From NCBI GenBank assembly GCA_024686035.1, contig JAIBDW010000001.1, positions 19,439 through 83,438 on the forward strand: a stretch of 64,000 bases of DNA. The letters are read 5' to 3'. Every line of letters begins with the position of its first letter. Within the stretch, counting starts at the first letter, position 1. The stretch comes from Oceanospirillaceae bacterium (GTDB taxonomy: Bacteria > Pseudomonadota > Gammaproteobacteria > Pseudomonadales > Balneatricaceae). Positions 51,515 through 61,416 of this stretch are shown piece by piece. The notes under the pieces were generated by a model, which worked only from the letters and a program-made list of their open reading frames with translations, was not told the DNA's origin and did not search any database. Both the position numbers and the translations under genes were made by a program.

Positions 51515-53413
51515 ATGGCACAAGACAATTACACCGCAGACTCTATTGAAGTATTAAGTGGCCTAGATCCCGTTAAAAAACGCCCTGGCATGTACACTGA
51601 CACTAGTCGGCCTAATCATCTTGCCCAAGAAGTTATTGATAATTCAGTAGATGAAGCTTTAGCTGGGCATGCTGATCAAATTGATGTAATTCTACATAGT
51701 GACCACTCACTTACAGTCATTGATAACGGTCGTGGTATGCCAGTAGATATACATGCTGAAGAAGGTGTTAGTGGTGTGGAGCTTATACTTACGCGCTTGC
51801 ACGCTGGTGGTAAGTTTTCTAACAAAAACTATCAGTTTTCTGGTGGTTTGCATGGCGTAGGAATTTCTGTTGTGAACGCTTTAACTTCAAGCTTGGAAGT
51901 TAAAATTAGGCGTGGTGGGCAGGTGCACCGTATTGCTTTTGCCGATGGCCTTAAAGTGAATGACCTAGAGATAGTCGATACTGTAGGTCAACGCAATACG
52001 GGCACGAGTGTCACCTTTCTACCCGATCCTCAGTATTTTGATTCAGCTAAATTTTCTGTGGTACGCCTTAAACATGTGCTACGTGCTAAAGCTGTGCTGT
52101 GCAGTGGTCTAAAGGTCACTTTCTTAGACCTGACCAGTGCCGCTAAGGAAAAGCATGAATGGTATTATCAAGAAGGTCTAGAAGACTATTTGCAAAGTGC
52201 CAATGAAAGCTTCAATTGTTTACCAGAAACACCATTTGTAGGTAGCCGTAAAAGTGAAATTGAGGGTGTTGATTGGGCAGTGCAGTGGCTTCCAGAGGGT
52301 GGCGATCTAACCCAAGAAGGTTACGTTAATCTGATACCAACCTCTCAAGGGGGTACCCATGTTAATGGCTTGCGCAGTGGTTTGTTGGATGCCCTAAGAG
52401 AGTTTTGTGAAATACGGGCACTTCTTCCTCGTGGGGTGAAGCTTGGGCCAGAAGATATTTGGGATCGATGCTGCTTTGTTTTGTCGGTGAAAATGCAAGA
52501 CCCGCAGTTTTCTGGCCAAACTAAAGAGCGGCTCTCTTCGCGTCAAATAGTGGCCTATGTGTCTGGCGAAGTAAAAGATGCATTTAGTCTATGGCTTAAC
52601 AAACATACAGACGAAGGCGAAGTATTAGCTGAGCTAGTGATTAACCATGCTCAAAAGCGCTTGCGGGCTGGCAAAAAGGTTATCCGCAAAAAAATTACTC
52701 AAGGCCCAGCGCTGCCTGGCAAGTTAGCTGACTGTAGCGGCACTGACGTGAGCCGTGGAGAGTTATTCTTGGTGGAAGGTGATTCCGCTGGTGGTTCTGC
52801 CAAGCAGGCGCGTGAGAGAGAGTTTCAGGCTATTTTGCCCCTTCGTGGTAAAATATTGAATACATGGGAAGTGGATTCTGGGCAGATTCTGGCCTCCCAA
52901 GAAGTGCATCATATTGCTGTGGCTATCGGTGTAGATCCTGGGGCTGATAATTTAGAAGGGTTGCGCTACGGTAAGATATGCATCCTGGCTGATGCCGATT
53001 CCGACGGCTTACACATCGCAACATTATTATGTGCGTTGTTTGTGCGTCATTTTAAATCACTAGTGGCTGCAGGGCATGTTTATGTGGCTATGCCGCCTTT
53101 ATACCGGATCGATATAGGTAAGGAAGTGTTTTATGCCCTTGATGAAAGCGAAAAACAAAGTGTGTTGGATCATATAGCAGCAGAAAAAAAGCGTGGTAAG
53201 GTTAATGTGCAGCGGTTTAAGGGATTAGGTGAAATGAACCCGTCTCAGTTGCGTGAAACCACCATGAAGCCTGACAGTCGAAGATTAGTGCAGCTAAGTT
53301 TGGAGCCAGGTGATGGCACCATGGAAGTAATGGACATGTTGCTGGCTAAAAAACGCGCAGGCGATCGTAAAACTTGGTTGCAAGAAAAGGGTAACTTAGC
53401 TCAAGTAGATTAA
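51515..53413 (+). CDS. parE: DNA topoisomerase IV subunit B
   Basis: EVIDNSVDE, SGGLHGVG, LVEGDSAGGSAKQAR, PLRGKILN and QRFKGLGEMNP; 632 aa with no GyrB insertion. Confidence 0.97.
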   Translation: MAQDNYTADSIEVLSGLDPVKKRPGMYTDTSRPNHLAQEVIDNSVDEALAGHADQIDVILHSDHSLTVIDNGRGMPVDIHAEEGVSGVELILTRLHAGGKFSNKNYQFSGGLHGVGISVVNALTSSLEVKIRRGGQVHRIAFADGLKVNDLEIVDTVGQRNTGTSVTFLPDPQYFDSAKFSVVRLKHVLRAKAVLCSGLKVTFLDLTSAAKEKHEWYYQEGLEDYLQSANESFNCLPETPFVGSRKSEIEGVDWAVQWLPEGGDLTQEGYVNLIPTSQGGTHVNGLRSGLLDALREFCEIRALLPRGVKLGPEDIWDRCCFVLSVKMQDPQFSGQTKERLSSRQIVAYVSGEVKDAFSLWLNKHTDEGEVLAELVINHAQKRLRAGKKVIRKKITQGPALPGKLADCSGTDVSRGELFLVEGDSAGGSAKQAREREFQAILPLRGKILNTWEVDSGQILASQEVHHIAVAIGVDPGADNLEGLRYGKICILADADSDGLHIATLLCALFVRHFKSLVAAGHVYVAMPPLYRIDIGKEVFYALDESEKQSVLDHIAAEKKRGKVNVQRFKGLGEMNPSQLRETTMKPDSRRLVQLSLEPGDGTMEVMDMLLAKKRAGDRKTWLQEKGNLAQVD

Positions 53414-53468
53414 GTCAGACTCGCTTAAAATAGCCGACGATAAGTCTTTATACAACGACCACATTATC

Positions 53469-53522
53469 TTTGCATACCTTTGCGGTGAGCGCACTCATTC
53501 TCACACTCTCACGCTCTATAAT
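53469..53522 (+). promoter_or_regulatory. Candidate CpxR-variant box plus -10 element
   Basis: TTTGC-ATACC-TTTGC (GCAAA-N5-GCAAA on the minus strand) at 53469-53483; TATAAT at 53517-53522. Confidence 0.5.
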
Positions 53523-53567
53523 AGTCTCAACCCATTTGGGTATTACTAACTAACATGGAGAAATGTC

Positions 53568-54065
53568 ATTAAAACATCTATCAAACGAAGCTTAATCATC
53601 ATACCGGCGTTAGCCCTACTTAGTGCAGCTGGAGCCGCAGTGGCGATGGCAGATAAAAAAGATTGTCATGCAGATGGTGCAAGCCATGGAGACCAAAAAG
53701 GCCATGCGAAGATGGATGGTAAGCATGGGCATAAACAAAGTAAAAAGATGATACGTCGTATGGCTAAAACTTTAAACCTGACAGATGTGCAGGAGGATGC
53801 GGTTAAAGCACTGATGCAAGCTCAGCATGAAGGCATGTCGGGGCACCAGGACGTAATGAGTTTGCAGCTTGATCAATTGGCTCAGTTAGACGCGGGTAGC
53901 GACGCTTATATGGCTAAGGCTAAAGAAATTGGAACATTGCAAGGCGAAGCGATGGGACAACGTTTAATCGAGCGAGGTAATACTCAAGCCAAAATCATGG
54001 ATCTACTCACGCCTGAACAAGCAGAAGAATATCAACAAATGCACAAAAAAATGGCACATCGTTGA
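53568..54065 (+). CDS. Spy/CpxP family periplasmic protein with signal peptide
   Basis: Two LTxxQ motifs (LNLTDVQ, LLTPEQ). The frame is open back to a stop at 53547 and encodes a Sec signal peptide IKTSIKRSLIIIPALALLSAAGAAVAMA; start inferred at ATT 53568. Confidence 0.8.
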   Translation: MKTSIKRSLIIIPALALLSAAGAAVAMADKKDCHADGASHGDQKGHAKMDGKHGHKQSKKMIRRMAKTLNLTDVQEDAVKALMQAQHEGMSGHQDVMSLQLDQLAQLDAGSDAYMAKAKEIGTLQGEAMGQRLIERGNTQAKIMDLLTPEQAEEYQQMHKKMAHR

Positions 54066-54142
54066 GTTGATGTGATCCAAAAGTCTGATTGAGCCTGTGA
54101 ATGCTCTAATAAGTCAGAAAAATAGACATAAATGACCTTAAC

Positions 54143-54176
54143 AAAACCGCAGCAGGTAACCTTGCTGCGGTTTTTT
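54143..54176 (+). terminator. Rho-independent terminator after the Spy/CpxP gene
   Basis: AAAACCGCAGCAGG-TAA-CCTTGCTGCGGTTTTTT. Confidence 0.88.
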
Positions 54177-54256
54177 AGCTTCAACTAGGATATAATTTCG
54201 CTCTTTTATATTCCCTGATCTAGGTTTTTGAGCAGGGGTAACTTGGACGTCATCTC

Positions 54257-56056
54257 ATGGCCATCAACACCTTGATTCGTAACTTTTCTATCATCGCCCA
54301 TATCGATCATGGTAAGTCCACTATAGCCGACCGTTTTATCCACATGTGTGGCGGTTTGTCTGATCGTGAAATGGAACAACAAGTGCTGGATTCCATGGAC
54401 ATTGAGCGTGAGCGTGGTATCACTATAAAAGCTCAAAGTGTGACCTTGGATTTCCATAGTAAAGACGGCAAAACGTATCAGCTAAACTTCATTGATACTC
54501 CAGGCCATGTTGATTTTTCATACGAAGTCTCTCGTTCTTTAGAGGCGTGTGAAGGTGCTTTGTTAGTGGTTGATGCGGCACAAGGCGTAGAAGCGCAATC
54601 AGTGGCTAACTGCTATACGGCGATAGAGCTGGGTTTGGAAGTGGTGCCTGTGTTGAATAAAATGGATCTTCCCCAGGCTGATCCAGATAAGGTGAAGCAA
54701 GAGATAGAAGAAGTTATTGGCATTGATGCCACCGATGCCGTAGAAGCTTCTGCTAAAAGTGGCTTAGGTATGGAAGCGGTGCTGGAGCAGTTAGTCGAAT
54801 TGATTCCTCCTCCAGAGGGAGACGAAGATGCACCATTGCAAGCGCTAATCATCGACTCATGGTTTGATAACTACCTTGGTATTGTTTCTTTGGTACGTAT
54901 AAAAAATGGCGTGTTACGTAAAAAAGACAAAATCATCGTCAAATCTACGGGCATCCAATACGGTGTGGAAAACATCGGTATCTTTACCCCAAAGCGCACA
55001 CAAACGGGAATACTAAGGGCCGGTGAAGTGGGCTATGTGGTTGCTGGAATCAAAGACATTCATGGTGCACCTGTGGGTGACACTTTAACTCATGTTAAAA
55101 CCGCTGATGTAGAAAGCTTGCCTGGCTTTAAAAAAGTTCAGCCTCAAGTATATGCAGGGCTCTTTCCTACTAGCTCCGATGACTATGAAGATTTCCGTGA
55201 AGCACTAGCCAAATTAAGCCTTAATGATGCTTCGTTGTTTTATGAACCTGAAAGCTCTGACGCACTAGGCTTTGGATTTCGTTGTGGTTTCTTGGGCATG
55301 TTGCACATGGAAATTATTCAAGAGCGTTTAGAGCGTGAATATAATCTTGATTTATTAACTACAGCACCTACGGTAATTTACGAATTAGAACTTAATAACG
55401 GCAATGTGGTCTATGTAGATAACCCATCAAAACTGCCAGATATGGGCGGTGTGGCAGAAATGCGCGAACCCATTGTTGAGGCCAATATTTTGGTGCCCCA
55501 AGAACACCTAGGTAACGTGATTACTTTGTGCATCCAAAAGCGTGGTGTACAAAAAAATATGCAATTCACTGCAAGCCAAGTCGCGCTAACCTATGACATG
55601 CCCATGAGTGAAGTGGTTTTAGACTTTTTTGACCGGCTTAAGTCGGTGAGTCGAGGCTATGCCTCTTTAGAATATAACTTTGTGCGTTTTGAAGAAGCCA
55701 AGCTTGTGCGCCTAGATATTTTGATTAATGGTGAGCGAGTAGATGCTTTGGCGGTGATTATGCATCGTGATCATGCCCAGACTCGTGGCCGAGCCTTATG
55801 TGAAAAAATGAAAGAGCTGATTCCTCGCCAGATGTTTGATGTGGCCATTCAGGCAGCTATAGGCGGTAATATTGTATCTCGCACTACGGTGAAAGCCTTG
55901 CGTAAAAACGTGACAGCAAAGTGTTATGGTGGTGATATAAGTCGCAAGAAAAAACTATTGTCAAAACAAAAAGAAGGCAAAAAGCGCATGAAGCAAGTAG
56001 GTAGCGTTGAAATTCCGCAGGACGCTTTTTTAGCGGTCCTAAAGATAGATAGTTAA
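54257..56056 (+). CDS. lepA: Elongation factor 4
   Basis: [36 protein letters not shown] and [14 protein letters not shown]; TATAAT at 54191-54196 upstream. Confidence 0.99.
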   Translation: MAINTLIRNFSIIAHIDHGKSTIADRFIHMCGGLSDREMEQQVLDSMDIERERGITIKAQSVTLDFHSKDGKTYQLNFIDTPGHVDFSYEVSRSLEACEGALLVVDAAQGVEAQSVANCYTAIELGLEVVPVLNKMDLPQADPDKVKQEIEEVIGIDATDAVEASAKSGLGMEAVLEQLVELIPPPEGDEDAPLQALIIDSWFDNYLGIVSLVRIKNGVLRKKDKIIVKSTGIQYGVENIGIFTPKRTQTGILRAGEVGYVVAGIKDIHGAPVGDTLTHVKTADVESLPGFKKVQPQVYAGLFPTSSDDYEDFREALAKLSLNDASLFYEPESSDALGFGFRCGFLGMLHMEIIQERLEREYNLDLLTTAPTVIYELELNNGNVVYVDNPSKLPDMGGVAEMREPIVEANILVPQEHLGNVITLCIQKRGVQKNMQFTASQVALTYDMPMSEVVLDFFDRLKSVSRGYASLEYNFVRFEEAKLVRLDILINGERVDALAVIMHRDHAQTRGRALCEKMKELIPRQMFDVAIQAAIGGNIVSRTTVKALRKNVTAKCYGGDISRKKKLLSKQKEGKKRMKQVGSVEIPQDAFLAVLKIDS

Positions 56057-56099
56057 CAACTCAAACAGATAAATTTCAAAGGCAGTTAGGAGCATTGAC

Positions 56100-56903
56100 A
56101 TGATGGATTTTGATTTTGAATTATTGCTGACAGTGCTGGTGGGCGTGTTCGGTATTGGTTTTGCCCTAGATGTGTGGCTATGGAAGCCAGCGCGGCAAAA
56201 GGCATTAGCCGTGGCTACGGCCAGTGCGGCGGGAGAACTGCCAAAAGAAGCCCAAGAAAAAATCATGCACCAGCCGATGTTTGCAGAGTATAGTCGATCA
56301 TTTTTTCCTGTACTGGCCTTTGTCTTGGTGTTGCGATCTTTTTTTATGGAGCCCTATCAAATCCCTTCAGGTTCAATGTTGCCTACCCTTGAAGTGGGTG
56401 ACTTTATTGTCGTCAATAAGTTTGAGTACGGCGTGCGTTTGCCTGTATTAGGCACAAAAGTACTGGATTTTAATGATCCAAAAGCAGGCGACGTCATGGT
56501 GTTTAAATACCCGCAAGACACGTCTATTAAGTTTATTAAACGCGTGATTGGCGTGCCAGGAGATATGCTCGAGCTGCGTGATAAGGTGATTTATATTAAT
56601 GGTCAGCAGATAAGCCAAACCTACGTTGCTGATGCGTCGCCAACGACAGAAATATACACAGAGAAGTTGGGCGATGTTGCACACCAAATATGGCGCAATA
56701 AAAACCCTGGAGAAAATGGTACGGTTACCATTCCGTCTGGGCAGTACTTCATGATGGGCGATAATAGAGACGGTAGTAATGACAGTCGTTATTGGGGTTT
56801 TGTACCCGAAGAAAATATCACTGGTAAGGCGGTTGCCGTGTGGCTGCACTGGGATAGCTTCTTTAGTTTGCCCAACTTTAGTACTGCTGGTCGTATAGAT
56901 TAA
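56100..56903 (+). CDS. lepB: Signal peptidase I
   Basis: EPYQIPSGSMLPTL, FIKRVIG and MGDNRDGSNDSRYWG. Confidence 0.97.
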   Translation: MMDFDFELLLTVLVGVFGIGFALDVWLWKPARQKALAVATASAAGELPKEAQEKIMHQPMFAEYSRSFFPVLAFVLVLRSFFMEPYQIPSGSMLPTLEVGDFIVVNKFEYGVRLPVLGTKVLDFNDPKAGDVMVFKYPQDTSIKFIKRVIGVPGDMLELRDKVIYINGQQISQTYVADASPTTEIYTEKLGDVAHQIWRNKNPGENGTVTIPSGQYFMMGDNRDGSNDSRYWGFVPEENITGKAVAVWLHWDSFFSLPNFSTAGRID

Positions 56904-56904
56904 T

Positions 56905-57612
56905 ATGAAATCGCCTGCCTTGACTGCTCACCAGCAAAAAATTGACACTTTGTGTGCTGCCATTGGCTACTCCTTTAATGATATTAGTCTTTTGGAGTTA
57001 GCGCTTACTCATCGCTCATGTGGCCACCACAACTACGAGCGAATAGAATTCTTAGGGGATTCTATTGTGAATTTTGTGATTGCTAATGCCTTGTTTGATA
57101 AGTTCCCCAAGGCGCGTGAAGGCCAATTAAGCCGCTTACGCGCAGGCCTTGTGAAAGGGGTGACTCTTGCTCAAGTGGCTATAGAAATGCAGGTAGGTCC
57201 GTGTTTAAAGCTTGGTGCAGGTGAGCTGAAAAGTGGCGGGCAGCGCAGAGAGTCAATTTTAGCAGATGCCACTGAAGCCATTATCGGCGCTATTTATAAA
57301 GATGCAGGTATGGCTGTTTGTGAGGAACGCATTCTATCTTGGTTTGCCTCTCGTTTAGATAATCTAAGCCTTTTGGATAATCAAAAAGACCCTAAAACTC
57401 GCTTGCAGGAATACCTGCAAGCAAAGAAGTGCGATTTACCTGTTTACCACCTAATTGGTGTAACAGGGCAGGATCATGAACAAATGTTCACCATAGAATG
57501 CCACAGCGATTTATTAGCTAAGCCCACCAAGGCAAAAGCCTCAAGTCGTCGTATCGCAGAACAAAAATCGGCCACGCTAGCGTTACAGCAGCTTGGTCAA
57601 GAGTCTTTATAG
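56905..57612 (+). CDS. rnc: Ribonuclease III
   Basis: [20 protein letters not shown] and ds[12 protein letters not shown]...AEQ. Confidence 0.97.
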   Translation: MKSPALTAHQQKIDTLCAAIGYSFNDISLLELALTHRSCGHHNYERIEFLGDSIVNFVIANALFDKFPKAREGQLSRLRAGLVKGVTLAQVAIEMQVGPCLKLGAGELKSGGQRRESILADATEAIIGAIYKDAGMAVCEERILSWFASRLDNLSLLDNQKDPKTRLQEYLQAKKCDLPVYHLIGVTGQDHEQMFTIECHSDLLAKPTKAKASSRRIAEQKSATLALQQLGQESL

Positions 57613-57625
57613 CAGAAAATATACC

Positions 57626-58561
57626 ATGACAGATTTAGATACTTGGCTAGCAGCCCAAAATGACAGCAGCACAAAATGTGGTTATGTCGCTATTGTCGGC
57701 AGACCGAACGTTGGCAAGTCCACCCTGCTTAATCGCATTTTGGGTCAAAAAATCAGCATTACATCTCGTAAGCCTCAAACAACACGTCATCAAATTTTGG
57801 GTATTAAGACTCAAGGTGAAGTACAAGTGGTGTATGTAGATACCCCTGGACTGCATATTGACCAAGAAGATAAGGCGATCAATCGATACATGAATAAGGC
57901 GGCTTCAAGCGCTCTTAAGCACGTAGATTTAGTCATCTTTATGGTAGATCGCACGCGCTGGAACGATGCAGATGAGCATGTGTACGAAAAAGTTAAAGCG
58001 GCTAATTGCCCAGTTATTTTAGTCATTAATAAAATTGATATATTGGATGATAAGCAGTCCTTATTGCCCTATTTACAAGAAGTGCAGCTGCGCTTACCCG
58101 ATGCTGTGCTAGTGCCGATTGCGGCTCATACCGGTGCTTCGGTTGAGCAGTTGGAGCAGTGTGTGCTTGACCAGCTGCCAAACGGGCGCCACTTTTTCCC
58201 TGAAGATCAGGTCACTGATCGCAGTGCGCGCTTTATCACCGCTGAACTTATTCGCGAAAAAATCATGCGCCAACTGGGTGATGAGCTGCCTTATCAGATG
58301 ACGGTCGAAATTGAAGAGTTTGCCCAAGATGGCCCAATACTTCATATAGGTGCCCTCATTTTAGTGGAGCGTAAAGGGCAAAAGCGCATTCTTATAGGCG
58401 ATAAGGGCGACCGAATTAAGCAAATTGGTCGTGATGCCAGAGTCGATATGGAGCGCATGTTTGAATGTAAGGTCATGCTTAAGCTTTGGGTGAAGGTCAA
58501 AAGTGGTTGGTCTGATGATGAGCGTGCTTTGCAAAGTTTGGGCTACGATGGTCTTGATTAA
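57626..58561 (+). CDS. era: GTPase Era
   Basis: [23 protein letters not shown] and KH domain; start placed at ATG 57626. Confidence 0.97.
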   Translation: MTDLDTWLAAQNDSSTKCGYVAIVGRPNVGKSTLLNRILGQKISITSRKPQTTRHQILGIKTQGEVQVVYVDTPGLHIDQEDKAINRYMNKAASSALKHVDLVIFMVDRTRWNDADEHVYEKVKAANCPVILVINKIDILDDKQSLLPYLQEVQLRLPDAVLVPIAAHTGASVEQLEQCVLDQLPNGRHFFPEDQVTDRSARFITAELIREKIMRQLGDELPYQMTVEIEEFAQDGPILHIGALILVERKGQKRILIGDKGDRIKQIGRDARVDMERMFECKVMLKLWVKVKSGWSDDERALQSLGYDGLD

Positions 58562-58567
58562 AATAGC

Positions 58568-59293
58568 ATGACGCAGCAACAACCAGCCTACGTATTGCAT
58601 AGTCGCCCATGGCGAGAAACCAGTGTAATTGCAGACTTGTTTACACTAAATCAAGGTAGGGTGTCGGTTATTGTCCATGGGGCGCGAAAAGCCCAAGGTA
58701 AAAGGTCTGCCAAAGGGGCATTAGTTCAACCTTTCACGCCGCTTATGGTTAGTTTTACAGGACGCGGTGAGCTGCGTACCAGCACCCAGTTTGACGCCGC
58801 AGGCCCGCCTTTGGCGGTGGTTGGTGATTACCTTTATAGTGGTCTGTATGTCAATGAGCTCTTGCTCAAGTTATTGGCGTTTGATGATCCGCATCCTAAT
58901 TTATTTGCTTACTACCAAGCCTTTCTAAATAGCTTAGTAGATAATCCGATATTAGAGCAATCTTTGCGTCCGTTTGAAGTCCATCTAATGGACGAATTGG
59001 GATATCATATGGTGCTAGATAAAGACTATGTAAGCGCCAAAGACGTTGTGCCTGAAGGCAGCTACGTGTTGCATCCACTGCAAGGGGTTTGTCTAGCTCA
59101 AGAACCAGAAAGTGAGCAAGCTAATGTGCCTTTGATGAGTGGGCAAGTATTATTGCAATTAGCCGCAGGTGAATATACCCACCCGCAATGCCTTAAAGTA
59201 GCCAAATATATGGCCCGAGCTAATTTAAATCAGATATTAGGTGGTAAGCCGCTACAAAGCCGCAATTTATTTCACACTATGGCTAAAAAATAA
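58568..59293 (+). CDS. recO: DNA repair protein RecO
   Basis: AYVLHSRPWRETS, LVQPF, YVNELL and GKPLQSR. Confidence 0.95.
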   Translation: MTQQQPAYVLHSRPWRETSVIADLFTLNQGRVSVIVHGARKAQGKRSAKGALVQPFTPLMVSFTGRGELRTSTQFDAAGPPLAVVGDYLYSGLYVNELLLKLLAFDDPHPNLFAYYQAFLNSLVDNPILEQSLRPFEVHLMDELGYHMVLDKDYVSAKDVVPEGSYVLHPLQGVCLAQEPESEQANVPLMSGQVLLQLAAGEYTHPQCLKVAKYMARANLNQILGGKPLQSRNLFHTMAKK

Positions 59294-59347
59294 GTCAGTT
59301 TGGTGAATAGAGCTATTGGCTAGTGTTAATCAAAAGAGGACAAAGAA

Positions 59348-60109
59348 ATGGTTGATCCCAATCGAATTTTACTCGGTGTAAATGTAGATCATGTTGCAAC
59401 ATTGCGCCAAGCCAGGGGTACGCGTTACCCCGACCCAATAAAAGCAGCTTTAGATGCTGAGCAAGCCGGAGCTGATGGAATTACTGTGCATTTGCGTGAA
59501 GATGCGCGTCATATTCAAGAGCGTGATGTGCGGCTGATGGCTCAAGTATTACAAACGCGAATGAATTTTGAGATGGCAGTTACCGATAAAATGATCGACT
59601 TAGCGGTAGAAATAGCCCCCGCTTATGTGTGTTTGGTGCCAGAAAAGCGTCAAGAACTCACCACTGAAGGTGGCTTAGATGTGATTGCCCAAGAAGCGAA
59701 GATAAAAGCGGCATGTATGCGTCTGCAGGCTGTGGGGGTAGAAATCTCTTTGTTCATAGATGCTGATCAACAGCAAATAGATGCCGCTAAGCGCACAGGC
59801 GCCCAGTTGATAGAGCTGCATACAGGCGCTTATGCCGATGCGCCCAATCATGCCCAACAGCGCGCAGAGCTTGCTCGTATAGCGCAAGCAGCGACATATG
59901 CTGCTAGTATCGGGTTAGTGGTTAATGGTGGCCATGGGCTGAATCTTCAAAACGTAGAAGCGATTGCAGCTATTCCTGAATTTAATGAGCTTAATATCGG
60001 CCATTCTTTGATCGCAGATGCCTTATTTGTGGGTTTGCCTGAGGCAGTGAAAAACATGAAAGCATTAATGTTGGCTGCTCGTGAGCCTCATCGGCCCAGT
60101 CCAGTTTAA
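59348..60109 (+). CDS. pdxJ: Pyridoxine 5'-phosphate synthase
   Basis: [33 protein letters not shown] and NIGH. Confidence 0.98.
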   Translation: MVDPNRILLGVNVDHVATLRQARGTRYPDPIKAALDAEQAGADGITVHLREDARHIQERDVRLMAQVLQTRMNFEMAVTDKMIDLAVEIAPAYVCLVPEKRQELTTEGGLDVIAQEAKIKAACMRLQAVGVEISLFIDADQQQIDAAKRTGAQLIELHTGAYADAPNHAQQRAELARIAQAATYAASIGLVVNGGHGLNLQNVEAIAAIPEFNELNIGHSLIADALFVGLPEAVKNMKALMLAAREPHRPSPV

Positions 60110-60127
60110 TACACTTGGTGCGCACCT

Positions 60128-60502
60128 ATGGTTAAGGCAATTGGCACAGACATCGTAGCAACTGCTCGAATTGCAGCGGCATTGGAGCGCACTGGGCGTA
60201 AATTTGCACAGCGAATACTGACTGAATTTGAAATGATTCAGTTTGATGAGGCAAGCAACCCTGCGGCTTTTTTAGCCAAGCGCTTTGCGGCCAAAGAGGC
60301 TGCTGCTAAGGCGCTAGGCACAGGGATAGGCCGTGGAATTTCTTGGCAGCAAATACACATTGAACATGACAAGCTGGGTGCGCCACTGTTGGTGCTTAGT
60401 GGCGCAGCCGCGCAAAGGCAAGCTGATTTAGGTAGTCAAACCGCGCACATCAGTATTGCAGATGAATTAGATCAAGCTTTAGCTTTTGTAGTGCTAAGCT
60501 AG
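60128..60502 (+). CDS. acpS: Holo-ACP synthase
   Basis: IGTDIV, FAAKEAAAKALGTG, GAP and HISIADE. Confidence 0.96.
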   Translation: MVKAIGTDIVATARIAAALERTGRKFAQRILTEFEMIQFDEASNPAAFLAKRFAAKEAAAKALGTGIGRGISWQQIHIEHDKLGAPLLVLSGAAAQRQADLGSQTAHISIADELDQALAFVVLS

Positions 60503-60523
60503 AAATGTTAACTAGAGGTTAGT

Positions 60524-61414
60524 ATGCATCAGTTCCCCACTATAGAAGACTATGTAGGTAGTACTCCCTTGGTACGTTTGCAGCGTTTACCAGGTAAAAC
60601 CAGCAATATTATTCTGGCTAAGCTTGAGGGTAACAACCCTGCAGGTTCTGTTAAAGATCGCCCCGCTTTGAGTATGATTGTTGAGGCAGAAAAACGCGGT
60701 GACATTCAGCCAGGTGATGTGCTGATTGAAGCAACTAGTGGTAACACAGGTATTGCTTTAGCTATGGTTGCCGCTATTAAAGGCTACAAACTCAAACTGA
60801 TTATGCCGGATAACATGAGCTCAGAGCGCAAGGCATCTATGGCTGCTTATGGGGCCCAGCTGATTACTGTAACTGCTGAGCAAGGCATGGAAAGCGCAAG
60901 AGATTTAGCCATGGCCATGCAGGCTCGTGGTGAAGGTAAAGTGCTAGATCAGTTTGCTAATAGTGATAATCCATTGGCCCATTACCGTACTACTGGGCCA
61001 GAGATATGGCAGCAAACGCAAGGTAAAATCACCCATATGGTCAGTTCCATGGGGACTACAGGCACCATTATGGGGTTGTCAGCCTATTTTAAGGAACAAA
61101 ACCCATCTATTGAGATTCATGGATTACGTCCTACACCAGATTCACAAATTCCGGGCATTCGCCGTTGGCCAGAAGCTTACATGCCCAATATTTTTGATGC
61201 AGCCAAGGTCGATGCCATTATTGATATGGATCAAGCCGAAGCCGAAGCCACTATGAAAGCCCTTGCTACTGAGGAAGGCATCTTTGCTGGGGTCTCCTCT
61301 GGTGGCAGTGTAGCGGGTGCGCTACGCCTGTCTAAACAGGTAGAAAACGCCGTTATCGTTTGTATTATTTGTGATCGTGGCGATCGCTATTTATCCACTG
61401 GAGTATTTACATAA
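60524..61414 (+). CDS. cysM: Cysteine synthase B
   Basis: KLEGNNPAGSVKDR, EATSGNTG, MGTTGT, IPGIRRW and CDRGDRYLSTG. Confidence 0.96.
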   Translation: MHQFPTIEDYVGSTPLVRLQRLPGKTSNIILAKLEGNNPAGSVKDRPALSMIVEAEKRGDIQPGDVLIEATSGNTGIALAMVAAIKGYKLKLIMPDNMSSERKASMAAYGAQLITVTAEQGMESARDLAMAMQARGEGKVLDQFANSDNPLAHYRTTGPEIWQQTQGKITHMVSSMGTTGTIMGLSAYFKEQNPSIEIHGLRPTPDSQIPGIRRWPEAYMPNIFDAAKVDAIIDMDQAEAEATMKALATEEGIFAGVSSGGSVAGALRLSKQVENAVIVCIICDRGDRYLSTGVFT

Positions 61415-61416
61415 TC

